Of a DNA stretch of 64,000 nt, positions 55,939 to 64,000 are shown in pieces. The position numbers and the translations under genes were made by a program. The DNA lies in the NCBI GenBank assembly GCA_965237675.1, contig OZ250150.1, positions 3,072,001 to 3,136,000 on the forward strand, given 5' to 3'. Numbering within the stretch: the stretch's first letter is position 1; each line of letters starts with the position of its first letter. The stretch is from Candidatus Latescibacterota bacterium. Its GTDB lineage: Bacteria > Latescibacterota > UBA2968 > GCA-2709665. The notes under the pieces are model-generated. The model saw nothing but the letters and a program-made list of their open reading frames with translations. It did not search any database and was not told the DNA's origin.

Positions 55939-56361
55939 CTACCACATATGCACGAAAACCGCGGGTCGGACTTTTCTGCCCGTCGGGGACGTTGAGAGCA
56001 GGGAGTCGGCGTAGGCCGCGTGGCTGACCATATAGTCCCGGCTGCCGCCGCGCAGAAAGAGGTGAAGATTACGTTCGGGATGGGCGATAAGCCCGGCGGT
56101 GAGCCGTTTGAACTCCCCCGGCCGGAGCAGCCGGTCTACGGATTTCCCGTCGCCCGACAGGCCTGGACCCCTGGCCGTGTAGATGAGGACCAGGTCCTCG
56201 GGCCTGGGGTCGTGGTGATGCACCCGCCAGACCGGTTGCACAACATTGAGGATCATAATGCCCAGGGTGAGCATGAGCATCATGATTCCCAAAAAGAGTT
56301 CTTTGCTCACGTCGTGTTCTTCCGCCTGTGTGGCGGCGCGTTGGAGGAATCGGCCTCTCAC
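55939..56361 (-). CDS. ExbD/TolR-like single-TM protein
   Basis: Basic then acidic N-terminus (MRGRF...EEHD), one TM segment, small soluble domain. Overlaps the upstream ExbB-like gene by 4 bp. Confidence 0.55.
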   Translation of the reverse strand: MRGRFLQRAATQAEEHDVSKELFLGIMMLMLTLGIMILNVVQPVWRVHHHDPRPEDLVLIYTARGPGLSGDGKSVDRLLRPGEFKRLTAGLIAHPERNLHLFLRGGSRDYMVSHAAYADSLLSTSPTGRKVRPAVFVHMW

Positions 56362-57155
56362 GTGACTTCGCCCCCAGGCTCATCTCTCAGGGCCAGCCAG
56401 GCCCGTTCCAGGGCTCCGACCCTTCCAAGCAATATGTCGAAGCACTTTCTGAGCGGCAGATAGGCCAGCAAGGCGATTAGTGTTGTCTTGAACGCCAGGG
56501 TCAGCCCGTCGGCCATGTCCCTGAGGACTTTGAACGATTCGGTGGCCTCGTCCAAATGGGCGAGTTGCTGCGCCATAAGCAGGATGCCGCAAACCGTGCC
56601 CAGATAGCCATAAAACGGAATACGGCTGAGCGCGCGATGGCCCAGTAGCAACCGTTCGCCGATAACGCCGATCAGATCGGTGACCAGCTCGTCGTCACGG
56701 GCCTTCAGATCCATGTACGTGTCCGTATCATGCTCCAGTTTTTTCAGGCCCTCATTTCGACGTGAAAGAAGCGTGCCCTGGCGGCGGCCGGTTGCCGGGG
56801 AGCGCAGGGCTTTCTCTTCAGTCCGAATACGCATCCACATATGGACGACGAGAGAAAGATGCGCTGCGGACGCTGCCACGATGAGCGCATATGAAGACCG
56901 GCCTACCCATTCGATCCAGCTTTGAGGCGGCGGGACGAACATGTAATAGTAGATTCCCAGCAGGGCGATGCCCAGTCCCGCAAGGCCGCCGAGCGCGGCG
57001 CTGGTGAGATTCGCGTGGATTGCCGGCAGTCCGTACCGGTGCTCTTCCCGGCGGATTACCGCCATGTCCCGCATCAGAGTGAGCGAGCCCGCCATTGCGC
57101 AGGCGGATATGAAAAGGATCGATGTGAGAATTTCGATCCTGGTTAAACTCTCCAC
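56358..57155 (-). CDS. MotA/TolQ/ExbB proton-channel family protein
   Basis: IPFYGYLGTVCGIL...GLTLAFKTTLIALL, plus three extra N-terminal TM helices. Confidence 0.8.
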   Translation of the reverse strand: MESLTRIEILTSILFISACAMAGSLTLMRDMAVIRREEHRYGLPAIHANLTSAALGGLAGLGIALLGIYYYMFVPPPQSWIEWVGRSSYALIVAASAAHLSLVVHMWMRIRTEEKALRSPATGRRQGTLLSRRNEGLKKLEHDTDTYMDLKARDDELVTDLIGVIGERLLLGHRALSRIPFYGYLGTVCGILLMAQQLAHLDEATESFKVLRDMADGLTLAFKTTLIALLAYLPLRKCFDILLGRVGALERAWLALRDEPGGEVT

Positions 57156-57179
57156 GGCGCGTTCTCCCGTCGGGAAAAC

Positions 57180-58418
57180 TCACACACGAAATACATCCCT
57201 GCTCTTCGAAATGACAAACCCCACATACGCGGCGATAACAATGGTGGGCAAGAGCAAGCCCGCACGGGAAGCCCGCCCGCTGCTCCCGGCGCTTCCAACG
57301 GGTTCGCTTACGGCGGGATCTTCTTTTCTTCCCTTGTATCTGGCATTCGATTTTTCACCGGGGGACCGTTCCTCGGGCGGGCGATAGGCGTTCCGACGGT
57401 CACCAACTTCCGTGCCAGAGGCTGCCGTTCCGGCGGCCGCAATGAGGGCGCCTTCACCCTTCAGGGCGCGTTTTCGGGGGTAGACGAGGCGCTTTTCCGT
57501 TTCTGCCAGTTTCTCCGCCCACAATTTGACTTCCTTCGCGAAGGTGAGCGACTTCTCTTCCTTCAAAGGCCCCGCCTTGCCCAGCGTGAGGCTGATTCCC
57601 GGATTCTGATGTCCGTCGTAAACGGGCTGCATGACAGGACCCGCGGACTCTCGAAGCTGGCGTTCGAGCCCGGCGCGTGTTTCCTGCAGGGATAACAGGC
57701 TTTGCACAAAGCTGTGGTAGTCCATTCGTTTCCGCTTCGTGTTCGGGGCGGATTTCCACGACGTTTTCGACAGGGCCTGTTCGATATCCCGACGGCTGAA
57801 CCGCTTCACGAATTCCGCCTGCCCGAAGACCCGGGAATGCCAGATAATCCGGGCTGAGGGAATGTCCGGCACGGGATGTGCGTAGATGATTTCGAGGGCC
57901 GGTCCGTTTGTTGACTGCCAGGTATCGTCGGAGACCAGAATAGGGTGCAGCGCGCCGTTTGCGTTCTTCAGATAAAGACCGAAGAGGAATCCGCTTTCCA
58001 CGTGGTCCGTGTCCCAGCATCGGGCGCGGATCCGATTCCTGTTTTTCAGATAGACGCGCGGGATTTCGATCTCCACCGGTGTGAGGCGGGTTTCACCGAC
58101 GAGGAAGTCGTTGAGCCAGACACGGGCCTCGTCATCGGCCCAGAAGATGCAGACAACGGACGTCCCTTCCGGAAGACGCAGGACGTCGGCCGCCCGGGGC
58201 AGGCGTTTGTCATCGACGGCTCCGGGGTCCGCTGCATTCATCGCGCCGACGAGGCTGTCTATCTGCGAAGAGACCGCGTTATACTCCTGGCGAATGGAAA
58301 TCAGTGTACGGTCCGTCGCGGCGGTTCTGTCAGCTGTGCTCCCTGGGACGTCGGGTAACGCCCACGGGAAGACGGCCAGGGCGAGCGCGGTCAGCCATCG
58401 GTTTCGCGACCGGTACAT
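57180..58418 (-). CDS. exported, C-terminally membrane-anchored protein with lectin/CBM-like beta-sandwich
   Basis: Signal-like N-terminus, coiled coils, ADDEARVWLN...NRI.A....GFL...ILVSDDTW, C-terminal TM plus basic tail. Confidence 0.6.
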   Translation of the reverse strand: MYRSRNRWLTALALAVFPWALPDVPGSTADRTAATDRTLISIRQEYNAVSSQIDSLVGAMNAADPGAVDDKRLPRAADVLRLPEGTSVVCIFWADDEARVWLNDFLVGETRLTPVEIEIPRVYLKNRNRIRARCWDTDHVESGFLFGLYLKNANGALHPILVSDDTWQSTNGPALEIIYAHPVPDIPSARIIWHSRVFGQAEFVKRFSRRDIEQALSKTSWKSAPNTKRKRMDYHSFVQSLLSLQETRAGLERQLRESAGPVMQPVYDGHQNPGISLTLGKAGPLKEEKSLTFAKEVKLWAEKLAETEKRLVYPRKRALKGEGALIAAAGTAASGTEVGDRRNAYRPPEERSPGEKSNARYKGRKEDPAVSEPVGSAGSSGRASRAGLLLPTIVIAAYVGFVISKSRDVFRV

Positions 58419-58689
58419 GGGGATTGTCTCCGGCGTATCAGGAGGCCATTGACGAACGGGTCCTTGCGAATACACCATAGCGATTACTACTGCGTCATCC
58501 GGAACAAGTGTTCTGTCCCGAAGATAGACCGTCGAAATTCGGCCGACGAGCTCGTTTCGACAAGCTCAATGACCACGTTTCAACAGGCTCGTCTCGAGAG
58601 GCTTAACGCAGGCAACACACGCTACGAAGTCAACGTAGCGATACTGGATGAACCGTCGGAAGAATGGTGATATATTCCCTGTCAGGTCA

Positions 58690-59814
58690 CTAAAAGTCCA
58701 CAAAGGATCCATCTTCTTCGGAGCGCCACATACCACGGAAGCGAAAGCGTTCGTCCCGCATGGCATCGAGGGCGTCGTCGTCAATTTCGAATCCCAGTCC
58801 GGGGCCGGTGGGCAGGTCAATAAAGCCGTCTTTGAAAGTGAGAGGCGGCAACAATAGACCTTCGCCGCGAGTGGTGCCGCCTTCGCAGATCAGGAAATTC
58901 GGGACCGTGGCCATGGTGTGGATGGACGCGACGACGCCGATGGGACCGGCCGCGTTGTGCGGGGCCACGGCAATGTCCCGGATTTCGGCCAGCGTGGCGA
59001 TTTTTTTCATTTCCGAGATGCCTCCCACGTGCCGGATATCCGGCTGTATAACGGCGCAGGCCTGCTTTTCCACAATGTCCCAGAAACTCCAGCGGGTGAG
59101 GTGGCGTTCCCCGGTTGCGATGGGTGTGGGGGTTGAACGGGAGAGGGCGAGCAGGGCATCGTTGTTTTCCGGATGACAGGGTTCTTCCGCAAAAAACAGA
59201 TTGTAGGGTTCGAGCGCTTTGACGGTGATGATGGCCATCCGGGGGCTGAGGCGGCGGTGCAGATCCACCGCAATGTCGACGTCGTCGCCCACGGCCTCGC
59301 GCACCGCGGCGACGCGGGCAACCATTTCGTCTACCGTTTTTGTTGTATCCACAAATCGGACGGGTTCGACGGAGACACCCATTTTGATGGCCGTGAACCC
59401 GTCGGCGACCCTCTCGCGGGCCTGTTTCGCACAGGATTCCGGCGTATTCCCTCCGGCGTGGGCGTAGACGCGCACCCGGTCTCGAACCGAGCCGCCAAGA
59501 AGTCGCCAAACGGGCACGTTCAGAACTTTACCCATAATGTCCCACATGGCCATGTCCACGCCACTGAGCGCGCCAATAATGATAGGCATGCTGCGACTGT
59601 AAGTGGAGCGAAAAAAGGTCTGCCAATGGTCTTCGATCTGGAGCGGGTCCTTGCCGATGAGATATTCGGCCAGGTCGTCCATTGCGCGCGCGACAATCCG
59701 CCAGTGCGAATAGTCGAGGGGTTCGCCATAGCCGACAATGCCCTCGTCGGTATGCATTTTGAGAAGCAGGAACCGTTGTGCAACGGGGATGGTTTCAAGG
59801 CGGGTGATCTTCAT
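58690..59814 (-). CDS. dgoD: galactonate dehydratase-like enolase-superfamily enzyme
   Basis: Motifs TDEGIVGYGE, WDIMGK, GFTAIK, AVDLHRR, FAEEP, IATGER, QPD..HVGGISE, APHN. Confidence 0.75.
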   Translation of the reverse strand: MKITRLETIPVAQRFLLLKMHTDEGIVGYGEPLDYSHWRIVARAMDDLAEYLIGKDPLQIEDHWQTFFRSTYSRSMPIIIGALSGVDMAMWDIMGKVLNVPVWRLLGGSVRDRVRVYAHAGGNTPESCAKQARERVADGFTAIKMGVSVEPVRFVDTTKTVDEMVARVAAVREAVGDDVDIAVDLHRRLSPRMAIITVKALEPYNLFFAEEPCHPENNDALLALSRSTPTPIATGERHLTRWSFWDIVEKQACAVIQPDIRHVGGISEMKKIATLAEIRDIAVAPHNAAGPIGVVASIHTMATVPNFLICEGGTTRGEGLLLPPLTFKDGFIDLPTGPGLGFEIDDDALDAMRDERFRFRGMWRSEEDGSFVDF

Positions 59815-59954
59815 TGGGATTGACCTCGATGGAAAATCCGGCGATCCGGCGTTTTCGGCATGCCGGGCATGCTCGTCCGTTCCCGTGCCTGTCAGGCGTG
59901 GTTCTCGGGCCGGCATGCATGCCGCGCCGGGCCCGGAGGCATTCAGCCGTCGGC

Positions 59955-60812
59955 TTATTCACTCCGGGAGTTCTCGTGGTTCGCGGCGGCGATTACCGGT
60001 GCGATTTTATCGGCGAACCGAATCTGGCTGTTGTCTTCGGGATCGTAGCCGATGACCTTCCGGGCGTTGGCGATGCTCCAGAAATTGTGGCTGTTTCCGC
60101 TGATACCGTAGAAAATCTGAAACGGGATGCCGTTTTCGTCTTCGATGTTCTCCGTCTCGATGCTCTTGATCAGCAGTTGGGTCTGGTCCCGGGCACTCAA
60201 ATAGGCCCCGAGGCCACGGTGCATCCGCTTCGGGTTTTCCGGGCTGAGGTTGTCGGCAACGTTTTCACGGGGGGCGCCGATGCGCAGTTGAATATTCTGA
60301 AGCTTCCGTCCGTTTCCGATTTTTCCCGCGGAGAAGGCGAACCCCAGCAATTCGTAGGCGGCCTTTGCCCAGCCGTAGAAGTTGTCGGATAGCGGCCGCA
60401 TGTCCGGCGTGACGAATTCCATGCCCCCGGACCAGATGAGGGTCTCGTAAAAATCGGCGGCGTGGTTGGAACTGATGACGACCACACGGCGGACGTTCTC
60501 TTCAAGGCAGGTCTGGTACACGTTGTACGCCATGGCGATGTTGTCGGCTTCGGCCCAGTATTGATCCTGCGGTTTTTTTGCACGGGTGAAGCCGCAGTGT
60601 ATCACCGCGTCCGCGCCCGTGAAATACTCCCTATACCGTTCCCGGTCCCGTTCGAGGAGGTCGGCCTGGACGATGCCCTCCACTTTATTGCCGTTTCTGT
60701 CCGTTTTGCGGACGTCCAGCAGGCCGAGGTTATAGCGCTCCCGGAGGGCAGGCAGACTTCGTCCCGCGATATATCCGGCCGCGCCGGTGACGACAACCCT
60801 GCGTTTCGCCAT
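59955..60812 (-). CDS. NAD-dependent epimerase/dehydrogenase (uronate dehydrogenase-like)
   Basis: Motifs VTGAAGYIA, SSNHAAD, YGWAK, LRIG, FYGISGN, GYDPED. Confidence 0.8.
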   Translation of the reverse strand: MAKRRVVVTGAAGYIAGRSLPALRERYNLGLLDVRKTDRNGNKVEGIVQADLLERDRERYREYFTGADAVIHCGFTRAKKPQDQYWAEADNIAMAYNVYQTCLEENVRRVVVISSNHAADFYETLIWSGGMEFVTPDMRPLSDNFYGWAKAAYELLGFAFSAGKIGNGRKLQNIQLRIGAPRENVADNLSPENPKRMHRGLGAYLSARDQTQLLIKSIETENIEDENGIPFQIFYGISGNSHNFWSIANARKVIGYDPEDNSQIRFADKIAPVIAAANHENSRSE

Positions 60813-60823
60813 CGGAATTCCCT

Positions 60824-61585
60824 TTATGGTAGTGGAAAGGGCGTGGGGATTCTGGGGTGGTGCGTGTATCGGTTTTCGCCCCTGAGCAGGACGGGCTGCC
60901 AGGCCTGGCCGATCGAGTTTTCGTCGACCTGTCTGGCTTCCGGCGGGATAAACCGAACGGTAAGGCCGCAACGCCGCCGGTTCGAGGTATTGGGCATGCT
61001 CGCGTGGAAAAGCTGGCCGTGGTGCACGGAAACCTGGCCAGCGCTGAGTTCGAGGTCGATCGCGTGGCTGGTGTCCACGAGTTCGTCCGGGATTTCCTGG
61101 TTGATGCTCAGTAGATTACCCTCTCGCTCCGACGTACCGTGGGTGACGATCCCCCTCTTGTGGGAGCCGGGGATAACGCGCATGCAGCCGTTCTCCACGT
61201 CGCTGTCGTCGATGGCGATCCAGGCCGTATGCGCCAGAGGCGGCTTCAGACCCCAGTAGGTGATATCCTGGTGCCACGCCACGAAGTGTTTCTCGGATTT
61301 GCCGGGGTATTTGCAAAAAAAGTGTGTGGCCAGAAGAAGGATATCTCTACCCATGGCCTGTTCCATGACGTCGAGAATACGGGCGTCGGTGGAGAGCCTC
61401 CAGATGAATTCTTCTTCGAAATGGCGGGACTGGAGGCCGACCTGGCAGATTTCTCTGCCTTCTCTGGATTCGAGTTCGTCGAACTGCGCCCTGAATGCGC
61501 CGATCTCGGTTTCGGAGAAGACTTCGATTCGAGGCAGCACGCCATTGGCATCATAGTATTCGCTCAGGTTCTCGACGGCGGGCAT
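60824..61585 (-). CDS. PhyH-family Fe(II)/2-oxoglutarate dioxygenase
   Basis: Motifs WHQD, ENGCMRVIPGSH, FHAS.PN.S.RRR. Confidence 0.9.
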   Translation of the reverse strand: MPAVENLSEYYDANGVLPRIEVFSETEIGAFRAQFDELESREGREICQVGLQSRHFEEEFIWRLSTDARILDVMEQAMGRDILLLATHFFCKYPGKSEKHFVAWHQDITYWGLKPPLAHTAWIAIDDSDVENGCMRVIPGSHKRGIVTHGTSEREGNLLSINQEIPDELVDTSHAIDLELSAGQVSVHHGQLFHASMPNTSNRRRCGLTVRFIPPEARQVDENSIGQAWQPVLLRGENRYTHHPRIPTPFPLP

Positions 61586-61690
61586 AGCGGAATCCCCGGT
61601 TTAATGCAAGAGCAGGTGGCGGATAATCTAAGGTGAATGACGCGCGGGTGCAACCTTTTTGGTGCCGGCGGCCGATCCGGCATGTGAAGA

Positions 61691-61719
61691 TTGACAGGCA
61701 GGGCGTGGGTGAGTATCAT
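61691..61719 (+). promoter_or_regulatory. sigma70 promoter
   Basis: TTGACA-17 nt-TATCAT upstream of the 61806 gene. Confidence 0.75.
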
Positions 61720-61805
61720 GCGAACGGCGGAACCGCTTGCGGCGCGCTATCGTGCCCGGTTTCGATGCCGTGGCGCCAACTGTTTTCGATGATCGGAGGC
61801 CCGAA

Positions 61806-62918
61806 ATGAAAATCACCCGCGTAACCGCAATGGTGTTGCGCCTGCCCCAAGTCACCGATGCCTGCGACGGGACGCAGGATACCTGTTTGATCAAAGTCGA
61901 TACCGACGCCGGACTCACAGGCTGGGGGGAGGTGGATTCCTGTCCGACGGCCGTCAAGGCGATCGTGGATGCGCCGCTGTCGCACCAGATCTGCAACGGG
62001 CTTGGAAACGCGCTTTACGGCGAGGATCCACTGGCGGTGCAAGTATGTATGCATCGCATGATGGACGCGGCGAACTACTACGGCGGAGCGGGCGTGGGCC
62101 TGCACGCCATGGCGGGCATCAATCTGGCGCTCTGGGATATCGCGGGCAAAGCCTGTGACCTGCCGGTCTACCGGCTTCTGGGTGGACCCTTCCGGAAGCG
62201 TTTCCGGGCCTATTGTTCGATTCTGTTCGGAGATACGCCTGCTCAGACCGGAGAACTGGGGCGGAGGTTTGCAGGTGAGGGATTCACGGCGGTCAAATTC
62301 GGATGGGGGCCAATGGGACGGGACGAGGAGACCGATATCGCCCTGGTAAAGGAAGCTCGGCGCGGCGTGGGAGACGGGGTGGACGTGCTGATCGACGCGG
62401 GGCAGGTCTGGGATTGGAAGACAGCCCTGAAGCGAGCGTGCCAGTTCGCGGAGTTCCGCCCGTTCTGGCTTGAAGAGCCGCTTCATCCTGAAGACCTGCG
62501 TGGTTACGCCCGGCTGGCGGCGGAGAGCCCCCTACCCATCGCGGCGGGCGAAGCGGAAGCGCGTCTCGACGCTTTCGAGCGTCTGGTGTCGGATGGCGGA
62601 CTGGATTGGGTGCAGCCTGATCCCGGAAGGTGCGGCATTTCGACCATGGTGGAGGTGGGAAGGATGGCGCATCGCCACCACACCAGGGTGGTGAATCACA
62701 GCTTCAAGAGCGGGATTACGATTGCGGCGTCGCTTCATGCGCTCGCCGCGGTACCGGGCGGGGAGATGTTCGAGTATTGTATGTCGGAATCCCCGCTGCG
62801 CCACGAACTGACCCGCCAGCGCTTTGAAGTCGTCGACGGGTACGTCACCGTGCCCGAAGAAGCAGGACTGGGTGTGACGATCAACGAGGACACCGTGGCC
62901 AAGTACCGGGTGGCGTAA
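61806..62918 (+). CDS. mandelate racemase/muconate lactonizing enzyme family protein
   Basis: Motifs TDAGLTGWGE, ALWDIAGK, FTAVKFG, LIDAG, WLEEP, AAGE, QPD, NH. RBS GGAGG. Confidence 0.9.
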   Translation: MKITRVTAMVLRLPQVTDACDGTQDTCLIKVDTDAGLTGWGEVDSCPTAVKAIVDAPLSHQICNGLGNALYGEDPLAVQVCMHRMMDAANYYGGAGVGLHAMAGINLALWDIAGKACDLPVYRLLGGPFRKRFRAYCSILFGDTPAQTGELGRRFAGEGFTAVKFGWGPMGRDEETDIALVKEARRGVGDGVDVLIDAGQVWDWKTALKRACQFAEFRPFWLEEPLHPEDLRGYARLAAESPLPIAAGEAEARLDAFERLVSDGGLDWVQPDPGRCGISTMVEVGRMAHRHHTRVVNHSFKSGITIAASLHALAAVPGGEMFEYCMSESPLRHELTRQRFEVVDGYVTVPEEAGLGVTINEDTVAKYRVA

Positions 62919-62929
62919 AAAGCATCCGG

Positions 62930-63826
62930 TCACCCGCTGGAGGAACCCCGGTTTTCGTCCTGAAGTTCCCTGACGAACGCCGGGCTCAGGGCGCCCTGCC
63001 CGACCTCCGCGACAGGGCCCTTCATGGTAAGGCGGAATTCGGAGTCAACGGCGACGTGGAGGGCGCCGCCCGGAGCATTGACGGTTACCGGCGATTCCAC
63101 CAGCCCCAGGCGGACGGCGGCGCATGCCGCCGCGCAGGACGACGATCCGGATGCCTGTGTTTCTCCGGCGCCGCGCTCCCAGATGAGGATGAAGATTTCC
63201 TTCGGACCCGTGGGTACGGCCAGTTGCACGTTGATGCGATTGGGGAAGAGTTCGTGATTCTCCAGGGAGGGACCCAGGCTGAGCAGTTCATCGCGGGTCC
63301 ACGCCTGGTTCGAGGGTTTGAAGATAACACAGTGGGGGTTTCCCACGCTGACGCCGGTGAACTTCAGGTCGCGGCCGCCGGCGGTTATCGGACAATCGAT
63401 GAGTTCACCGGCCGCCAGCGTGCACGGGAGCTCGTCGGGAGTGAAGTCGGCCTGTCCCATCTCCACAGTTGCCACGCTGGCGTCGCCGTACCGGTCGATG
63501 TCAACCTGGATTGTCACAAGTCCGCCGGGGGTGTCTACGGTGAAGTTACGCTTCCGCGTCCGCCGGGTGGCGCGGAGGAACCGGGCGAAAATGCGAAGGC
63601 CATTGCCCGACTTTTCAGCTTCGCTGCCATCGGGGTTGAAAATGCGCAGGCCGAAGTCGGCGCCTGTTGCGGGTTCCAGGGTGAGGATGCCGTCACCGCC
63701 GAGGCCCCGGTTGCGGTCGCAGATATATCGGATATTTTCCGGAGTGAGTTCAAAGTCGAGTTGGGCCGGATCCATGACGATATAGTCATTGCCGAGACCG
63801 TGGCCCTTGTAAAAACCGTTCTTCAC
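62930..63826 (-). CDS. dapF: diaminopimelate epimerase, Ser/Ser variant
   Basis: Motifs KGHGLGNDY, GLGGDG, NPDGSEAEKSGNG, VGNPHCV, FPNRINV, WERGAGETQASGS. Confidence 0.85.
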   Translation of the reverse strand: MKNGFYKGHGLGNDYIVMDPAQLDFELTPENIRYICDRNRGLGGDGILTLEPATGADFGLRIFNPDGSEAEKSGNGLRIFARFLRATRRTRKRNFTVDTPGGLVTIQVDIDRYGDASVATVEMGQADFTPDELPCTLAAGELIDCPITAGGRDLKFTGVSVGNPHCVIFKPSNQAWTRDELLSLGPSLENHELFPNRINVQLAVPTGPKEIFILIWERGAGETQASGSSSCAAACAAVRLGLVESPVTVNAPGGALHVAVDSEFRLTMKGPVAEVGQGALSPAFVRELQDENRGSSSG

Positions 63827-63903
63827 GAAACCTCCGGTTTACGTGTTCCGAACATCGAACGCCGGGGACGGAAACCGGCATATCCGATCTTTAGCCCCCT
63901 CCT

Positions 63904-64000
63904 CTACTTCCACACCAGCACGACGCCCATGGTCTCACCCAACCGCCTGTAAAGCATGTCAAAGGCTTCGGAGGCTTCCTGGAAGGGGAAGCGGTGGGTG
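63904..64000 (-). CDS. 3' end of a probable zinc-binding dehydrogenase (partial)
   Basis: Minus strand reads THRFPFQEASEAFDML...TMGVVLVWK*, a typical MDR C-terminus. Confidence 0.6.
   Translation of the reverse strand, partial: THRFPFQEASEAFDMLYRRLGETMGVVLVWK

Noticed and set aside
55939-57155. Zorya (ZorAB) defence system
   Set aside because: The MotA-like protein lacks the long ZorA tail, the partner lacks an OmpA-like domain, and no zorC/D/E is adjacent.

Overview
GC-rich bacterial chromosomal window. The protein content (dockerin-like DxDGDGxVGFxDF modules, FN3 and WD40 secreted proteins, two PhyH dioxygenases, DUF6785-like membrane protein, futalosine pathway) suggests a Latescibacterota/Gemmatimonadota-like, possibly sponge-associated organism; this is inference. 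Left to right: (1) archaeal-type pheS end and pheT; (2) a low-GC islet with a stand-alone McrB-N-like gene and a Zn-ribbon gene split by an intact IS1380 element; (3) tRNA-Leu(CAG), a thioesterase and an internally deleted comB; (4) a low-GC RelE-like toxin-antitoxin pair with an operator-overlapped promoter and an IS630 remnant; (5) a heparinase II/III-Kelch fusion; (6) a long minus-strand housekeeping run, thrS-infC-rpmI-rplT-zapB-like-zapA-rny-ymdB-xseA-xseB-nadK-recN-mqnE-mqnC-mqnA, followed by catabolic genes, with pheST missing from its usual place; (7) queE, an amidohydrolase trio and a secreted heme/copper-monooxygenase fusion; (8) a short sigma70 factor with a perfect LexA-type palindrome in its promoter spacer; (9) a ~2,400-aa FN3/Ig surface protein and a metalloprotease-WD40 protein; (10) nested REP-like repeats; (11) an unusual ExbB/ExbD-like three-gene unit; (12) sugar-acid catabolism genes and a Ser/Ser-type dapF. 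The best candidates for undescribed biology are the SOS-box sigma factor, the lectin-like/ExbB-like/Glu-ExbD-like unit, the dockerin-tagged secreted proteins and three unassigned structured RNAs. All family calls are by motif recognition by eye; no searches were run.
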